Position numbers and translations under genes: made by a program. A stretch of DNA of 64,000 bases from Spirochaetota bacterium (GTDB lineage Bacteria; Spirochaetota; UBA4802; UBA5550), in contig CAXXHB010000003.1 in assembly GCA_963664815.2 (NCBI GenBank), positions 512,001 through 576,000 on the forward strand. The letters are read 5' to 3'. This document shows positions 10,683 through 20,193 of this stretch, in pieces. Positions within the stretch are counted from its first letter, which is position 1; every line of letters begins with the position of its first letter. The notes beneath the pieces are model-generated. The model was not told the origin of the DNA. It made no database searches and saw only the letters and a list, made by a program, of their open reading frames with translations.

Positions 10683-11018
10683 ATGGACATAAGTTCCAGA
10701 ACAAAAGGGGAGGTCGTCATACTTGATATTTCCGGGGAGATAGATTTATATAACGCACCGGAGATTAAAGATATTATTAATAAATTAATTGAACAGAAAA
10801 GATATAATGTCGTGATAAATCTGAAAGATGTGACATATATTGATTCTTCAGGTATAGGTGCGCTTATTTCCAGTCTGTCAAATCTGAAGAAGTATCAGGG
10901 CGGATTAAAGATAATTAATGTTTTTGCCTCGGTTCGCAAGGTTTTTGAACTCACAAAGCTTACATCGTTTTTTGATATCTATGATAACGAAGAAGATTCC
11001 ATAAAGTCTTTTCAGTAA
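10683..11018 (+). CDS. STAS-domain anti-sigma factor antagonist
   Basis: GEIDLYNAP and phosphoserine motif YIDSSGIG. ATG 10683 is well spaced from AAGGAGG; 10674 is an alternative start. Confidence 0.93.
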   Translation: MDISSRTKGEVVILDISGEIDLYNAPEIKDIINKLIEQKRYNVVINLKDVTYIDSSGIGALISSLSNLKKYQGGLKIINVFASVRKVFELTKLTSFFDIYDNEEDSIKSFQ

Positions 11019-11075
11019 TAATTTATTTATTGTTAAGAAACATTAAAAAAGATATTTAAATACAGAGGTTTACAT

Positions 11076-12344
11076 ATGAAATTAAGATTAGTAACTGGAT
11101 TAGTATTGTTTTTAACTTTTTTTCTCGCTGCCTGTGAAGATAAAATTCCGATTAAAGAATTCTCAAAGGCAAAAGAGGCTATAGTTCTGGCTCAGTCTGT
11201 TAAAGCTGAACAATTCAGCCCGTTGGAATTTAAAGAAGCTAATGATCAGCTCTTCAAGGCTCAGGAAGTTTTAATAAAAGATGAAAAGCTTGATGATTCA
11301 ATAAAGAATTCTGAGAAGTCTTATGAGAAAGCTATGGAAGCTTATAATAAGTCAGTTGTGCTTTATGCTGCTGAAGCATTGAAAAAAGCCGACGATGCTA
11401 TTATAGCTGCCGAAGCGGTTTATGCAGAAAAACTCTCTCCGGATCTCTTTGTTCAATCAAGGAGTATTTATACTTCAGCTAATGAAAAATTTGAAGCAAA
11501 AGACTATATAGCTTCATGTAAGCTTTCTGAAGAGGCTTACAAAAAAGCAGTAAAAGCAAAAGAGGAGTCTCTGGACAATAAATACCAGCTTCAGGTTAAA
11601 ATTGATGAAGTTCGTGCCACTCTCTCAAAAGTTCAGCAGTATGATTATGAGGGTTATGCGGCTGAAAACTATAACGTTGCAAGTGTGAAGACTGAAGAGG
11701 CTGAATCAAATTACAAGCAGGATGCGCTGAAATCAGGTTTTGAATCAATTGAAGCTGCAAAGATTAATGCTGATGAAGCTTATAAATTAACAATGGATGG
11801 AGTTACCGCTAAAAAGCTCAGTGAAGCTGAAAATGTAGTTGGTGAAGCAGAAAATTCAAAAGGGGCCAAGGTAGCCGAAGAGGATCTATCTGCAGCCAGG
11901 GAAGCACTTAATAATGCAAGAAACCTTAAAAAAAGCGGAAATTATGAAGAATCTATAACTTATTCCAATGAAGCTATAAGGCTTGGAAACAGTGTTATAG
12001 AAGAGGGTAAAAAATCCACTGTTGCAACTGTAAAAAGTCAGGGTGAAACCGGCGATAAATCAAAAACCGGTGATAAAGATAAGGCTGTCGATAAAGGCAA
12101 AACTGCTGATAAGGTTAAATCTGCCGGTAAAACAAAAAGTGAATTTGCCGGAGAAGATGAAAATTACTATTACTATAAAGTAAAAAGCTGGGAAAAATAT
12201 CAGGATTGTCTCTCCCGCATAGCTCTGCACTATTATAAAAATGCGAAAGCCTGGAAGAGAATTCATGAAGCTAATAAGAGCAAAATTGCAAACCCGGATT
12301 TAATCAGGCCAGGCTGGGTTATAAAAGTACCGAAAAAGAAGTAA
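11076..12344 (+). CDS. LysM lipoprotein, LipL71/LruA-like
   Basis: Lipobox FLAAC, Ala-rich helical repeats, and C-terminal LysM (DCLSRIA...NPDLIRPG). Confidence 0.8.
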   Translation: MKLRLVTGLVLFLTFFLAACEDKIPIKEFSKAKEAIVLAQSVKAEQFSPLEFKEANDQLFKAQEVLIKDEKLDDSIKNSEKSYEKAMEAYNKSVVLYAAEALKKADDAIIAAEAVYAEKLSPDLFVQSRSIYTSANEKFEAKDYIASCKLSEEAYKKAVKAKEESLDNKYQLQVKIDEVRATLSKVQQYDYEGYAAENYNVASVKTEEAESNYKQDALKSGFESIEAAKINADEAYKLTMDGVTAKKLSEAENVVGEAENSKGAKVAEEDLSAAREALNNARNLKKSGNYEESITYSNEAIRLGNSVIEEGKKSTVATVKSQGETGDKSKTGDKDKAVDKGKTADKVKSAGKTKSEFAGEDENYYYYKVKSWEKYQDCLSRIALHYYKNAKAWKRIHEANKSKIANPDLIRPGWVIKVPKKK

Positions 12345-12382
12345 AAAAAATGTAATACAGGTTGGTACATACTTTATCAATT

Positions 12383-13369
12383 ATGAGCCAGAGATATAAT
12401 AAAAGTGATTTTGGCGACGTGGAAAACGACAAAAATCCTGATACGGTTCTTTCTAATTTGAACGATGAAGTGATCGATGAGCTTCAGGATGATTCGGAAC
12501 TAAAAAATGATGATAACGTAAAAAACTCCGGGAAGGATTTTACCGATTCATCAATTTCATGGTATCTGGATCAGATCAACAGGATTCCACTCCTTACAAG
12601 GGAGCAGGAGGATACTCTTGCCAGGTTGTCCAGAGATGGAAGTGAAAAAGCGAAGGATGAATTGATTAAATCCAATCTTCGGTTTGTTGTTTCTATCGCG
12701 AAAAAATATCAGACAAGCGGTATTTCACTTCTTGATCTTATTAATGAAGGTAATCTTGGTCTGATTAAAGCAGCCGAGAAATTTGATCCTGACAGGGGGT
12801 TTCATTTTATATCATACGCAGTATGGTGGATAAGGCAGTCAATAATGCTGGCTATCTCTCAGAAAGCGTCTCTTATAAGACTCCCTCTTAACAGAACGGC
12901 TGACCTGCAGAAAATAGAAAGAGTTCATAAAAAACTGGAAAACAAATTCGGTCGCGAACCCTCGGCAAGTGAAATAGCCGAGGAACTCGACATGGATAAT
13001 GAAGAGATAAATCACCTCCGTAATATAACACAGGATTTTGTATCGCTTGATTCCACTCTCGGTGATTCGGAAGATACAACCATCCTTGACCTGATAGTTG
13101 ATCCCAAGGCCGATTCCCCGGATGAACAGGTATTTGAAGAATCGCTGATAAGTTCTCTGAATGAGGTTCTGGCCACTCTTACAGATTCAGAAAAGGAGAT
13201 CCTCTGCATGAGGTACGGTCTTAACGGTTATGAGCCTATGTCTCTCCAGCAGATAGGGGATAAGTTTAATCTTTCCAAGGAGAGGATAAGGCAGATTGAA
13301 AAAAAAGCAATAAGACGGCTACGTCACCCTTCAAGAAGCAGTAAATTAAAAAGTTTTATGCAGGATTAA
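12383..13369 (+). CDS. RNA polymerase sigma factor, RpoD/SigA family (lacks region 1.1)
   Basis: NLRFVVSIAKKY, DLINEGNLGL, YAVWWIRQ and KERIRQIE. The start could be TTG 12362. Confidence 0.93.
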   Translation: MSQRYNKSDFGDVENDKNPDTVLSNLNDEVIDELQDDSELKNDDNVKNSGKDFTDSSISWYLDQINRIPLLTREQEDTLARLSRDGSEKAKDELIKSNLRFVVSIAKKYQTSGISLLDLINEGNLGLIKAAEKFDPDRGFHFISYAVWWIRQSIMLAISQKASLIRLPLNRTADLQKIERVHKKLENKFGREPSASEIAEELDMDNEEINHLRNITQDFVSLDSTLGDSEDTTILDLIVDPKADSPDEQVFEESLISSLNEVLATLTDSEKEILCMRYGLNGYEPMSLQQIGDKFNLSKERIRQIEKKAIRRLRHPSRSSKLKSFMQD

Positions 13370-13371
13370 AA

Positions 13372-14448
13372 ATGAGATATCTTTTTGCCGGTTTAATTGC
13401 AGGATTTCTTGCTGGCTTTTTCTTCTTTCAGGGCGTTTCCGCATCTGAGATAGTTCCGGAATTCTATAGTCCGCTCCCGGCACTGGATATGACTATGAAC
13501 TCAGATAACCGCAATGTTCCGGAATCCTTTATTATTCCGGTTGCAGAAAAGGTATTTCTTGTCAATATGGAGGGGAGTGCAGTCAGACAGGTTGAAAGCA
13601 AAGACTCTCTGCTTGAAGTCAGTGGTGACGGAAATTTTTACATCCGCTATGGATCGGTAAGTACAAAAATTGATTTTTTCGGCATTAATGGAGAAAGATA
13701 CTGGCAGAAGGATTCAATGGAGAAGCCTTTTTTGTCATACAGCGGGAAACTGATCTTTCTGCTTAATGGAGATCACAGCGGGATAAGAATTTTTGACAGA
13801 AATGGTAATGTTACTGGTGCCGGACAGATAACAGGACGGTTATGTACATCGGTTGAATTTGCTGAAAAGAATGATTTCGGCGCGTGTGGCTTTATTGACG
13901 GGTCATATCATTTTATTAATAAAGATGGTATCGTAATTCACAGCGGGATGGCTCCTGCCGGATCTGCGGTAAAAGGGATTAAAATAAGCAATAACGGCAG
14001 ATTCGGGTTTGTGCATTACGGAAATACGGTGAAGGATGGCGTAAGAGTTGTCAATATAGAAGATAATGATTTTGAGGATTCAGCAGTAGAAAATGTTCAT
14101 TATGTTAAAACAGCAATGAATGTATCAGATGAAGGGTGTGCTGTTTTTTTTGACAATGATAAAGTACTTGTTTATGATGATGACTGTGATATCAGGTTCA
14201 GACTGAGTGTCCCGAAGAAACGACCCGGTTATTCAACACTTTCAATGGAGAATGGTATCTATGTGCTGGGGTATACAAAAAGCACAGGGGAATCACAGCT
14301 TGTAGTATTTCGCAATAACGGTGAGGTTTTCTATACTAAGGAGTATCCCGGTGAATCTTTTTTAAGCAGCACAATCAGAAACAGACTCATATTTTCAAGA
14401 GGTTCTGATAATCTGTTTGCTTATAAAATCCATCTTCAAGGAGAGTGA
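13372..14448 (+). CDS. exported beta-propeller-like hypothetical protein
   Basis: Signal peptide followed by repeated short beta-strand/Gly-turn units; its 3' end overlaps the convergent GT2 gene. Confidence 0.6.
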   Translation: MRYLFAGLIAGFLAGFFFFQGVSASEIVPEFYSPLPALDMTMNSDNRNVPESFIIPVAEKVFLVNMEGSAVRQVESKDSLLEVSGDGNFYIRYGSVSTKIDFFGINGERYWQKDSMEKPFLSYSGKLIFLLNGDHSGIRIFDRNGNVTGAGQITGRLCTSVEFAEKNDFGACGFIDGSYHFINKDGIVIHSGMAPAGSAVKGIKISNNGRFGFVHYGNTVKDGVRVVNIEDNDFEDSAVENVHYVKTAMNVSDEGCAVFFDNDKVLVYDDDCDIRFRLSVPKKRPGYSTLSMENGIYVLGYTKSTGESQLVVFRNNGEVFYTKEYPGESFLSSTIRNRLIFSRGSDNLFAYKIHLQGE

Positions 14449-15259
14449 TAATTTCTGACAGATCCTTTGCCAGTATATCATTACATCTTTTTATTGCGCC
14501 ATTCAGTAATATTTCCGCCTTCTCTTTTGCTGTGTTTAAGGCAGCCTCCAAATATAATCTTTCAATCCTGTCACCGGTATTATTCAGCATCTTAAGAATT
14601 GAATACAGCCTGAACCTGTCCATTCCCCAGTGAACTGCTGACAACTGATCGCTGTGTCCTGCATATCTTGTTATCAGATTTTCTTTAATAAGACCGATCT
14701 CTTCGAAAGGCGTTATCCTGAGCCAGAGATCGTAGTCCTCACAGGCTGGAAGGTCTTCGTCAAATAAACCGTATTTTTCAAAAATGGTTCGTGAAATACA
14801 GACTGATGACGGACTTATAAGACATAATTGAAGAGAGGGGATAAAAATTTTACCCTCCGGTTTAATATGTTTCGAACCGGGGTTTACCCTGACGCCGTTT
14901 CTTATCCATATATCTCCGGTCTGATGTACCGGTATATTCCTGTTGTTTTCCATGAATTCTTTGTGCTTGTGAAGTTTGTTTTTATGCCATGTATCATCAG
15001 AGTCGAGAAGGGTAATATTCGGAGAGTTTGATATTGAGATACCTTTATTCCGGGCAGAGCTTACACCGGAATTGTCCTGATAAATATATATAAGCCGGCC
15101 GTAATACTCGTCGGCAATAACTGAAGTTCCATCATCAGATCCGTCGTCTACCACGATAAGTTCAAAATCCCTTTCATTCTGGGCCAGAACGGATTCTACA
15201 GCATTAATCAGTTGTGCTTTCCTGTTATATGATGGAATAATAACACTGAAAAGAGGCAT
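14387..15259 (-). CDS. glycosyltransferase family 2
   Basis: SVIIPSYNR, VDDGS, ARNKG, LDSDD and EDYDLWLR. Confidence 0.92.
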   Translation of the reverse strand: MPLFSVIIPSYNRKAQLINAVESVLAQNERDFELIVVDDGSDDGTSVIADEYYGRLIYIYQDNSGVSSARNKGISISNSPNITLLDSDDTWHKNKLHKHKEFMENNRNIPVHQTGDIWIRNGVRVNPGSKHIKPEGKIFIPSLQLCLISPSSVCISRTIFEKYGLFDEDLPACEDYDLWLRITPFEEIGLIKENLITRYAGHSDQLSAVHWGMDRFRLYSILKMLNNTGDRIERLYLEAALNTAKEKAEILLNGAIKRCNDILAKDLSEIITLLEDGFYKQTDYQNLLKI

Positions 15260-15688
15260 TTATAAATAGTATAGTTCCTTGTCGGAAATTATGGTAAAAC
15301 CGGCCTCTTTCAGAAATTTTTCAGTCATTGGAACATCTTCAACCTGAAAAACAAATACCGCGCGGTTTTTTTCACGTATTGTAAAACCATATGCGTCTTC
15401 TATATTTATATTTTTACTTGATAACAGGGATGTTGCCTTATGAAGCCCGCCGGGGGAGTCGTCAATTATTATTGCAACAATATCTTTTAGTGTTGAAGCG
15501 ATACCTTCTTTATTCAGGCATTCATTGCCCTCTGAGGGCTTATCGAGAAGAAGTTTTATTATGCCGTAATCGCCCGAATCGGATATGGTTATTGCTCTTA
15601 TGTTGATATTGTTCCTGCTCAAGACTTCTGTCACCCGGCTTATTTTGCCAGGTTTGTTTTCTGCAAATACAGATACCTGATGCGGCAT
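15260..15688 (-). CDS. ACT-domain amino acid-binding protein
   Basis: Tandem ACT domains (QVSVFAENKPG; DDSPGGL); typical neighbour of paaK. Confidence 0.88.
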   Translation of the reverse strand: MPHQVSVFAENKPGKISRVTEVLSRNNINIRAITISDSGDYGIIKLLLDKPSEGNECLNKEGIASTLKDIVAIIIDDSPGGLHKATSLLSSKNINIEDAYGFTIREKNRAVFVFQVEDVPMTEKFLKEAGFTIISDKELYYL

Positions 15689-15697
15689 ACCATCCTC

Positions 15698-16993
15698 CTA
15701 TATTATCCTTTTATCTATTACTCGTTTTGCTTTACCTTCACTGGGCGGAAGAGATCCCGGTTCCATGAATTCAATTCTCGGATTAATTACTATAAGTGCG
15801 CGGAGTTTTTCGACTATTTCTCTGTTCAGTTTTTTCAGTGTCTTAATATCGCCCTGAAAGAGCTTGGAATATAATTCAACCTGAATATGCATTCTGTCAA
15901 GGCCATCTTCCCGATCAAGGACTATAACGTAATTATTTCCGACTTCAGGAATGTTCATCAGAACTGACTCTATCTGTGACGGGAATACGTTTACTCCGCC
16001 GACAATAATCATATCGTCGCTACGTCCCTTAATCCTTTCAATTCTTCTGTGGGTCTTGCCGCATTTGCACTGTTCCGGGATAATCCGGGTCAGATCTCTT
16101 GTGCGGTATCTTATGATAGGCATGGCTTCCCTGTTTATATGTGTAAGTACAAGCTCGCCCTCTTCGCCATCGGGAAGCTGTTCACCGGTTTCAGGATCAA
16201 TTATTTCTGCAATATAATAGTCTTCGGCAATATGCATTCCGCTTTTATAGACACAGTCTGCAGCAACTCCCGGTCCGTTCATTTCAGAGAGACCGTACAT
16301 GTTGTAAGCATCGAGTCCCCATAGATTTTCAAGTTTCTCCTTTGTCGCCTCGGAATATGGTTCTGCACCAAAGAAGGCTTTTTTTATTGTAAGATCATGC
16401 GGATTAATCCCGTGTTCTTTGATGACCTCCACAAGGTGAAGCGCATAACTTGGAGTAATATGGATAACCGTCGAGTTAAAGTCCTGAATCAGCTGAATCT
16501 GCCTGAGGCTGTTTCCGGTTGAAGATGGTATTACCATACAGCCGAGTCTTTCGGCCCCATAATGCAGCCCAAGGCCGCCTGTGAATAATCCATAGCCCAT
16601 CATATTCTGGAAAACATCCTCTCTTCTTACTCCGGCACTGTACAATGCCCTTGCTACCTGGTCAGCCCAGTTGTTAACGTCATTCATGGTATGAAAAATT
16701 ACCGTCGATTTTCCGGTAGTACCGGATGATGCGTGAATTCTTACAATCTCAGATTTAGGAACAGCTACCATGCCGTCAGGATAACTCAGGCGGAGATCAT
16801 TTTTTGTAGTAAACGGGAGGTCCTTTATATAATCAAGAGTTTTGATTTTTGAAATATCAATTTTTTTTTCGGCAAAAAGCTTGCTGTAGTATGGTGTTGC
16901 AGATGCTGTTTTTAATGCTTTATCAAATCTCTCCATCTGCATTGCTTCAAGCTCTTTACGGGGGAGAGTTTCAATCTTTTCATGTAGATACAT
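15698..16993 (-). CDS. paaK: phenylacetate-CoA ligase family protein
   Basis: HASSGTTG, YGLFTGGLG, YGLSE, RYRTRD and GRSDDM. Confidence 0.92.
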   Translation of the reverse strand: MYLHEKIETLPRKELEAMQMERFDKALKTASATPYYSKLFAEKKIDISKIKTLDYIKDLPFTTKNDLRLSYPDGMVAVPKSEIVRIHASSGTTGKSTVIFHTMNDVNNWADQVARALYSAGVRREDVFQNMMGYGLFTGGLGLHYGAERLGCMVIPSSTGNSLRQIQLIQDFNSTVIHITPSYALHLVEVIKEHGINPHDLTIKKAFFGAEPYSEATKEKLENLWGLDAYNMYGLSEMNGPGVAADCVYKSGMHIAEDYYIAEIIDPETGEQLPDGEEGELVLTHINREAMPIIRYRTRDLTRIIPEQCKCGKTHRRIERIKGRSDDMIIVGGVNVFPSQIESVLMNIPEVGNNYVIVLDREDGLDRMHIQVELYSKLFQGDIKTLKKLNREIVEKLRALIVINPRIEFMEPGSLPPSEGKAKRVIDKRII

Positions 16994-17212
16994 TTTAATA
17001 ACCCTGTATTATTATAATCATAATTAGAATTCAGAACGGTAAATTCATAGAGATAATGACGTATACATGTTGATAATCCCCGCTTAACATATATATGTCA
17101 ATAATAACTCCGGGAATCATCTTTTTTTTGCCTTATTGACCATTGTAAAATTGACTTTACATTATGATGCACGCTTTTGATAATGATAAAAAAAGCAATC
17201 CTGGAGGTTTAA

Positions 17213-17905
17213 ATGAATATTTTAATTTTCGGGCCCAATGGAAGTGGAAAAGGGACTCAGGGCGCGATTGTACAAAAAATGTATAATGTAACGCATGTGG
17301 AATCGGGTGGATTATTCAGAGATAATATCAAGGGCGGAACTGAACTGGGGAAAAGAGCAAAAGAATTTATTGATAAAGGTGATCTTGTACCGGACAGTAT
17401 TACCATCCCTATGATACTCGACAGGCTGAAGAGAGATGACTGTAAAAAAAACGGATGGTTGCTTGACGGATTTCCCAGAAACCCTGAGCAGGCAGCAGCA
17501 TTGAAAAAGTCTCTTGATGCGGAATCGATTAAAATTGACTATATTATTGAAATATCGCTTGATAGGGAAACTGCCAAGAAAAGAATAATGGGGAGAAGAT
17601 TATGTGAAAAAGACAATAATCATCCCAATAATATATATATTGATGCAATAAAGCCCGAAGCGCGAGATGGAGTATTTGTCTGCCGTGTATGCGGCGGGGC
17701 TCTTTCAACAAGAGCAGACGATCAGGATGAGAATGCAATTAATAAAAGGCATGAGATTTATTATGACTCAGTCCAGGGAACAATGGCAGCGGTAAAATAT
17801 TTTGAAAAGATTGCCCGGGAAAGCAAAGATACAAAGTTTATTGTTCTTGATGGAACCCCAGGGGTGAGTGAAGTAAGCGAAGCTCTTAAAAAGCATTTAA
17901 ACTAA
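17213..17905 (+). CDS. adk: adenylate kinase
   Basis: GPNGSGKGTQ, GDLVPD, LDGFPR and a metal-binding LID; RBS GGAGG. Confidence 0.96.
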   Translation: MNILIFGPNGSGKGTQGAIVQKMYNVTHVESGGLFRDNIKGGTELGKRAKEFIDKGDLVPDSITIPMILDRLKRDDCKKNGWLLDGFPRNPEQAAALKKSLDAESIKIDYIIEISLDRETAKKRIMGRRLCEKDNNHPNNIYIDAIKPEARDGVFVCRVCGGALSTRADDQDENAINKRHEIYYDSVQGTMAAVKYFEKIARESKDTKFIVLDGTPGVSEVSEALKKHLN

Positions 17906-17952
17906 GAACTGTCTAAGACTGAAAAAGAACATCAGCATTGAATTCAGATTTT

Positions 17953-17986
17953 TATGCCCGCTGTCAGCGGGCATATTTTGCTTTTT
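17953..17986 (+). terminator. intrinsic terminator after adk
   Basis: TATGCCCGCTG/CAGCGGGCATA stem followed by T-runs. Confidence 0.75.
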
Positions 17987-18093
17987 GTTGAAAACGTGAA
18001 AATTGGCCCACTATTGAAGTATATTTCTATTTAACATATCATTGCTTTTAGCTTAAATTTAATTCTCCACATCTTCCATATTCTTTATTTTAT

Positions 18094-18122
18094 TTGACAT
18101 TGATAAAAAATTATGTTTAAAT
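18094..18122 (+). promoter_or_regulatory. putative sigma70 promoter
   Basis: TTGACA-17 bp-TTAAAT upstream of 18153. Confidence 0.45.
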
Positions 18123-18152
18123 GACTTTATAATAATAAAAAAGGGGTGCACC

Positions 18153-18545
18153 ATGGAAAAAAAATATAAACTGGCTGTTATTTTAAATATTATACCGGCA
18201 ATGATTAATATTCTGGCTTCAGTGTATCTCTTTTTTAATTTTTCACCAATGCAGTTTTCAGGATATGTGACCGGGACTATACTTGGAATTATTCTTTCTG
18301 CCATCTGGCTGATTCAGGTAAGGAAAGCGTTTGGATCTCACGCAGTTAAGCTTCTTAAAATTACTTTCAAGGGATTTTTTGTCAAAATCGTTTTATTTAT
18401 TATATTTATAATTGGAGTTTACAACCTGTTCACTTTCAGCAGAATATTTTTTGCCATCTCCTTTTTCATAGCATTATTATTAAGCGCTGTTATTGAATTA
18501 TGGTTTTATGCTTCTTTGATTAATGATAATGACAAAAAAGGATGA
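18153..18545 (+). CDS. 4-TM membrane protein, resembles ATP synthase protein I
   Basis: 130 aa with four hydrophobic segments and a Lys at the start of TM3 (FFVKIV); RBS AGGGG. Confidence 0.6.
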   Translation: MEKKYKLAVILNIIPAMINILASVYLFFNFSPMQFSGYVTGTILGIILSAIWLIQVRKAFGSHAVKLLKITFKGFFVKIVLFIIFIIGVYNLFTFSRIFFAISFFIALLLSAVIELWFYASLINDNDKKG

Positions 18546-18579
18546 TTCAAAAATATTATAACAGGGATTAATAATTATT

Positions 18580-20175
18580 ATGAAAAATCTAGAGACATTC
18601 AGCAAAGAAGAACTAATTAAGATTATTGAAACCTCAAACCTTCAGGACGAAATTAATTTTGATAGTTCAGATTTCAAATCCCTTGAATTCAGTTCTATTG
18701 TAGAATCTGCTTATGATATAATCTACGTTATTGACAGAGATCTTAATACACAATATATGAACAAAGCCTGGAGAGATATGTTTCCCGATAGAGAACAATC
18801 CCCGGGTAAAAATTTTCGAACTTACCTTCGTGAAATAGAACTCGAAAGAGGTAATTTCGTAGTAGATTCTGTATTGAACAAGGGGCAGGTTTTCAGAAAT
18901 GAACTTCTAAAGATAGTTGAGAATGGAAAACCATACTATTTTATGACAAACTTTTCCCCGATAAAGAAAAAAAACGGTGAAATAGTTGCATTGATCGGCG
19001 TGATGAGAAATTATACCGATCAGTACCAGATACAGAAGAAACTGAAAGAAAACACGATTATCCTGGAGCAAAAGGTTCAGGAACAGATTAAACAGGCTGA
19101 AGAATTAAAAAACCTCCGTGATCTGAATGAAGAGATTATAAACAATGCACCTATCGGTATGTTTATGGTAGATCCATCAGGAATAGTAATAAATGAAAAT
19201 CCGATGCTCAGTAAAATAATGGTCAGGGATCAGAACTCTCTTATTGCTGTAAATATCATAAAATATAAAGGATTTGTAGATTCAGGATTCACAGACATGT
19301 TTTATCAGGCTCTGGAAACCAAAAAAACAATTAAGGCAAATGAAAAAAAATATACACCAATATCCGGGCGTAAGGAACTTGTTGTAAATGCTACTTTTGA
19401 TCCCATCATTAATCGTTCAGGGGCTGTGGAACATGTTCTGATAATGATTGAGGATGTAACAGAGCAGGTGGAAACAAGAAACAAGGTGAGCAGGTTTGAA
19501 AAAATGAGCGCCCTTGGAATTCTGGCATCAGGTGTTGCTTCAGAGCTTAAAAGTCACATAAATAAAATGGTAATGGATCTGAATTTTATTGATACAAATG
19601 TTGATGAATACAGCCCTGCAGTTGAATATATTGATTCGCTGAAAAAGGAACTTGAAAGGATAAAGAACATATCCGAGCAGCTTCTGAGTCTTGCGGTTAT
19701 TGATGAAAGGGATAAGGAAAAATGTGAATTGAACAAAGTTATCATGAATCATCCTGTCGATGTTTTTATAAACAAAATAAGAAATGATGGTCATGAGGTT
19801 GATATTCTTCTTCCTGAAGTAAGCCCGGAAATCTTTGCAACACCAAACCAGATCCAGCAGATGCTTCTCCAGTTTCTGGAGAATGCTGAAGATGCATTGA
19901 TTGACGGCGGGAAGATTTCACTTAAAGTAGAGACAATAAAAACCGAAGAAAATGTATATGCTGCAATAACCTTAACTGACACGGGAGTTGGAATTCCCAA
20001 AGAAAATATAAATAAAATTTTCCAGCCGTTCTTTACAACTAAAGGTAAAAAAGGAACCGGCCTTGGAATGATGATAGCGACTAATATCATCAATAATATC
20101 GGCGGATCGATCGGAGTTAGAAGTAATCCCGGCGAAGGGACTTCAATAAAAGTAATTCTGCCGCAGATTAATTAA
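18580..20175 (+). CDS. PAS-PAS sensor histidine kinase-like protein with degenerate H-box
   Basis: Two PAS domains; GVASELKSHI in place of GVAHExxNPL; intact ENA, DTGVGI, FQPFFTTK and GTGLG boxes. Confidence 0.88.
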   Translation: MKNLETFSKEELIKIIETSNLQDEINFDSSDFKSLEFSSIVESAYDIIYVIDRDLNTQYMNKAWRDMFPDREQSPGKNFRTYLREIELERGNFVVDSVLNKGQVFRNELLKIVENGKPYYFMTNFSPIKKKNGEIVALIGVMRNYTDQYQIQKKLKENTIILEQKVQEQIKQAEELKNLRDLNEEIINNAPIGMFMVDPSGIVINENPMLSKIMVRDQNSLIAVNIIKYKGFVDSGFTDMFYQALETKKTIKANEKKYTPISGRKELVVNATFDPIINRSGAVEHVLIMIEDVTEQVETRNKVSRFEKMSALGILASGVASELKSHINKMVMDLNFIDTNVDEYSPAVEYIDSLKKELERIKNISEQLLSLAVIDERDKEKCELNKVIMNHPVDVFINKIRNDGHEVDILLPEVSPEIFATPNQIQQMLLQFLENAEDALIDGGKISLKVETIKTEENVYAAITLTDTGVGIPKENINKIFQPFFTTKGKKGTGLGMMIATNIINNIGGSIGVRSNPGEGTSIKVILPQIN

Positions 20176-20193
20176 AAGGGGAGCTTAAATAGT

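Noticed and set aside
14387-14448. 62-bp convergent gene overlap
   Set aside because: Short 3' overlaps are common in compact genomes, and nothing suggests a special function.
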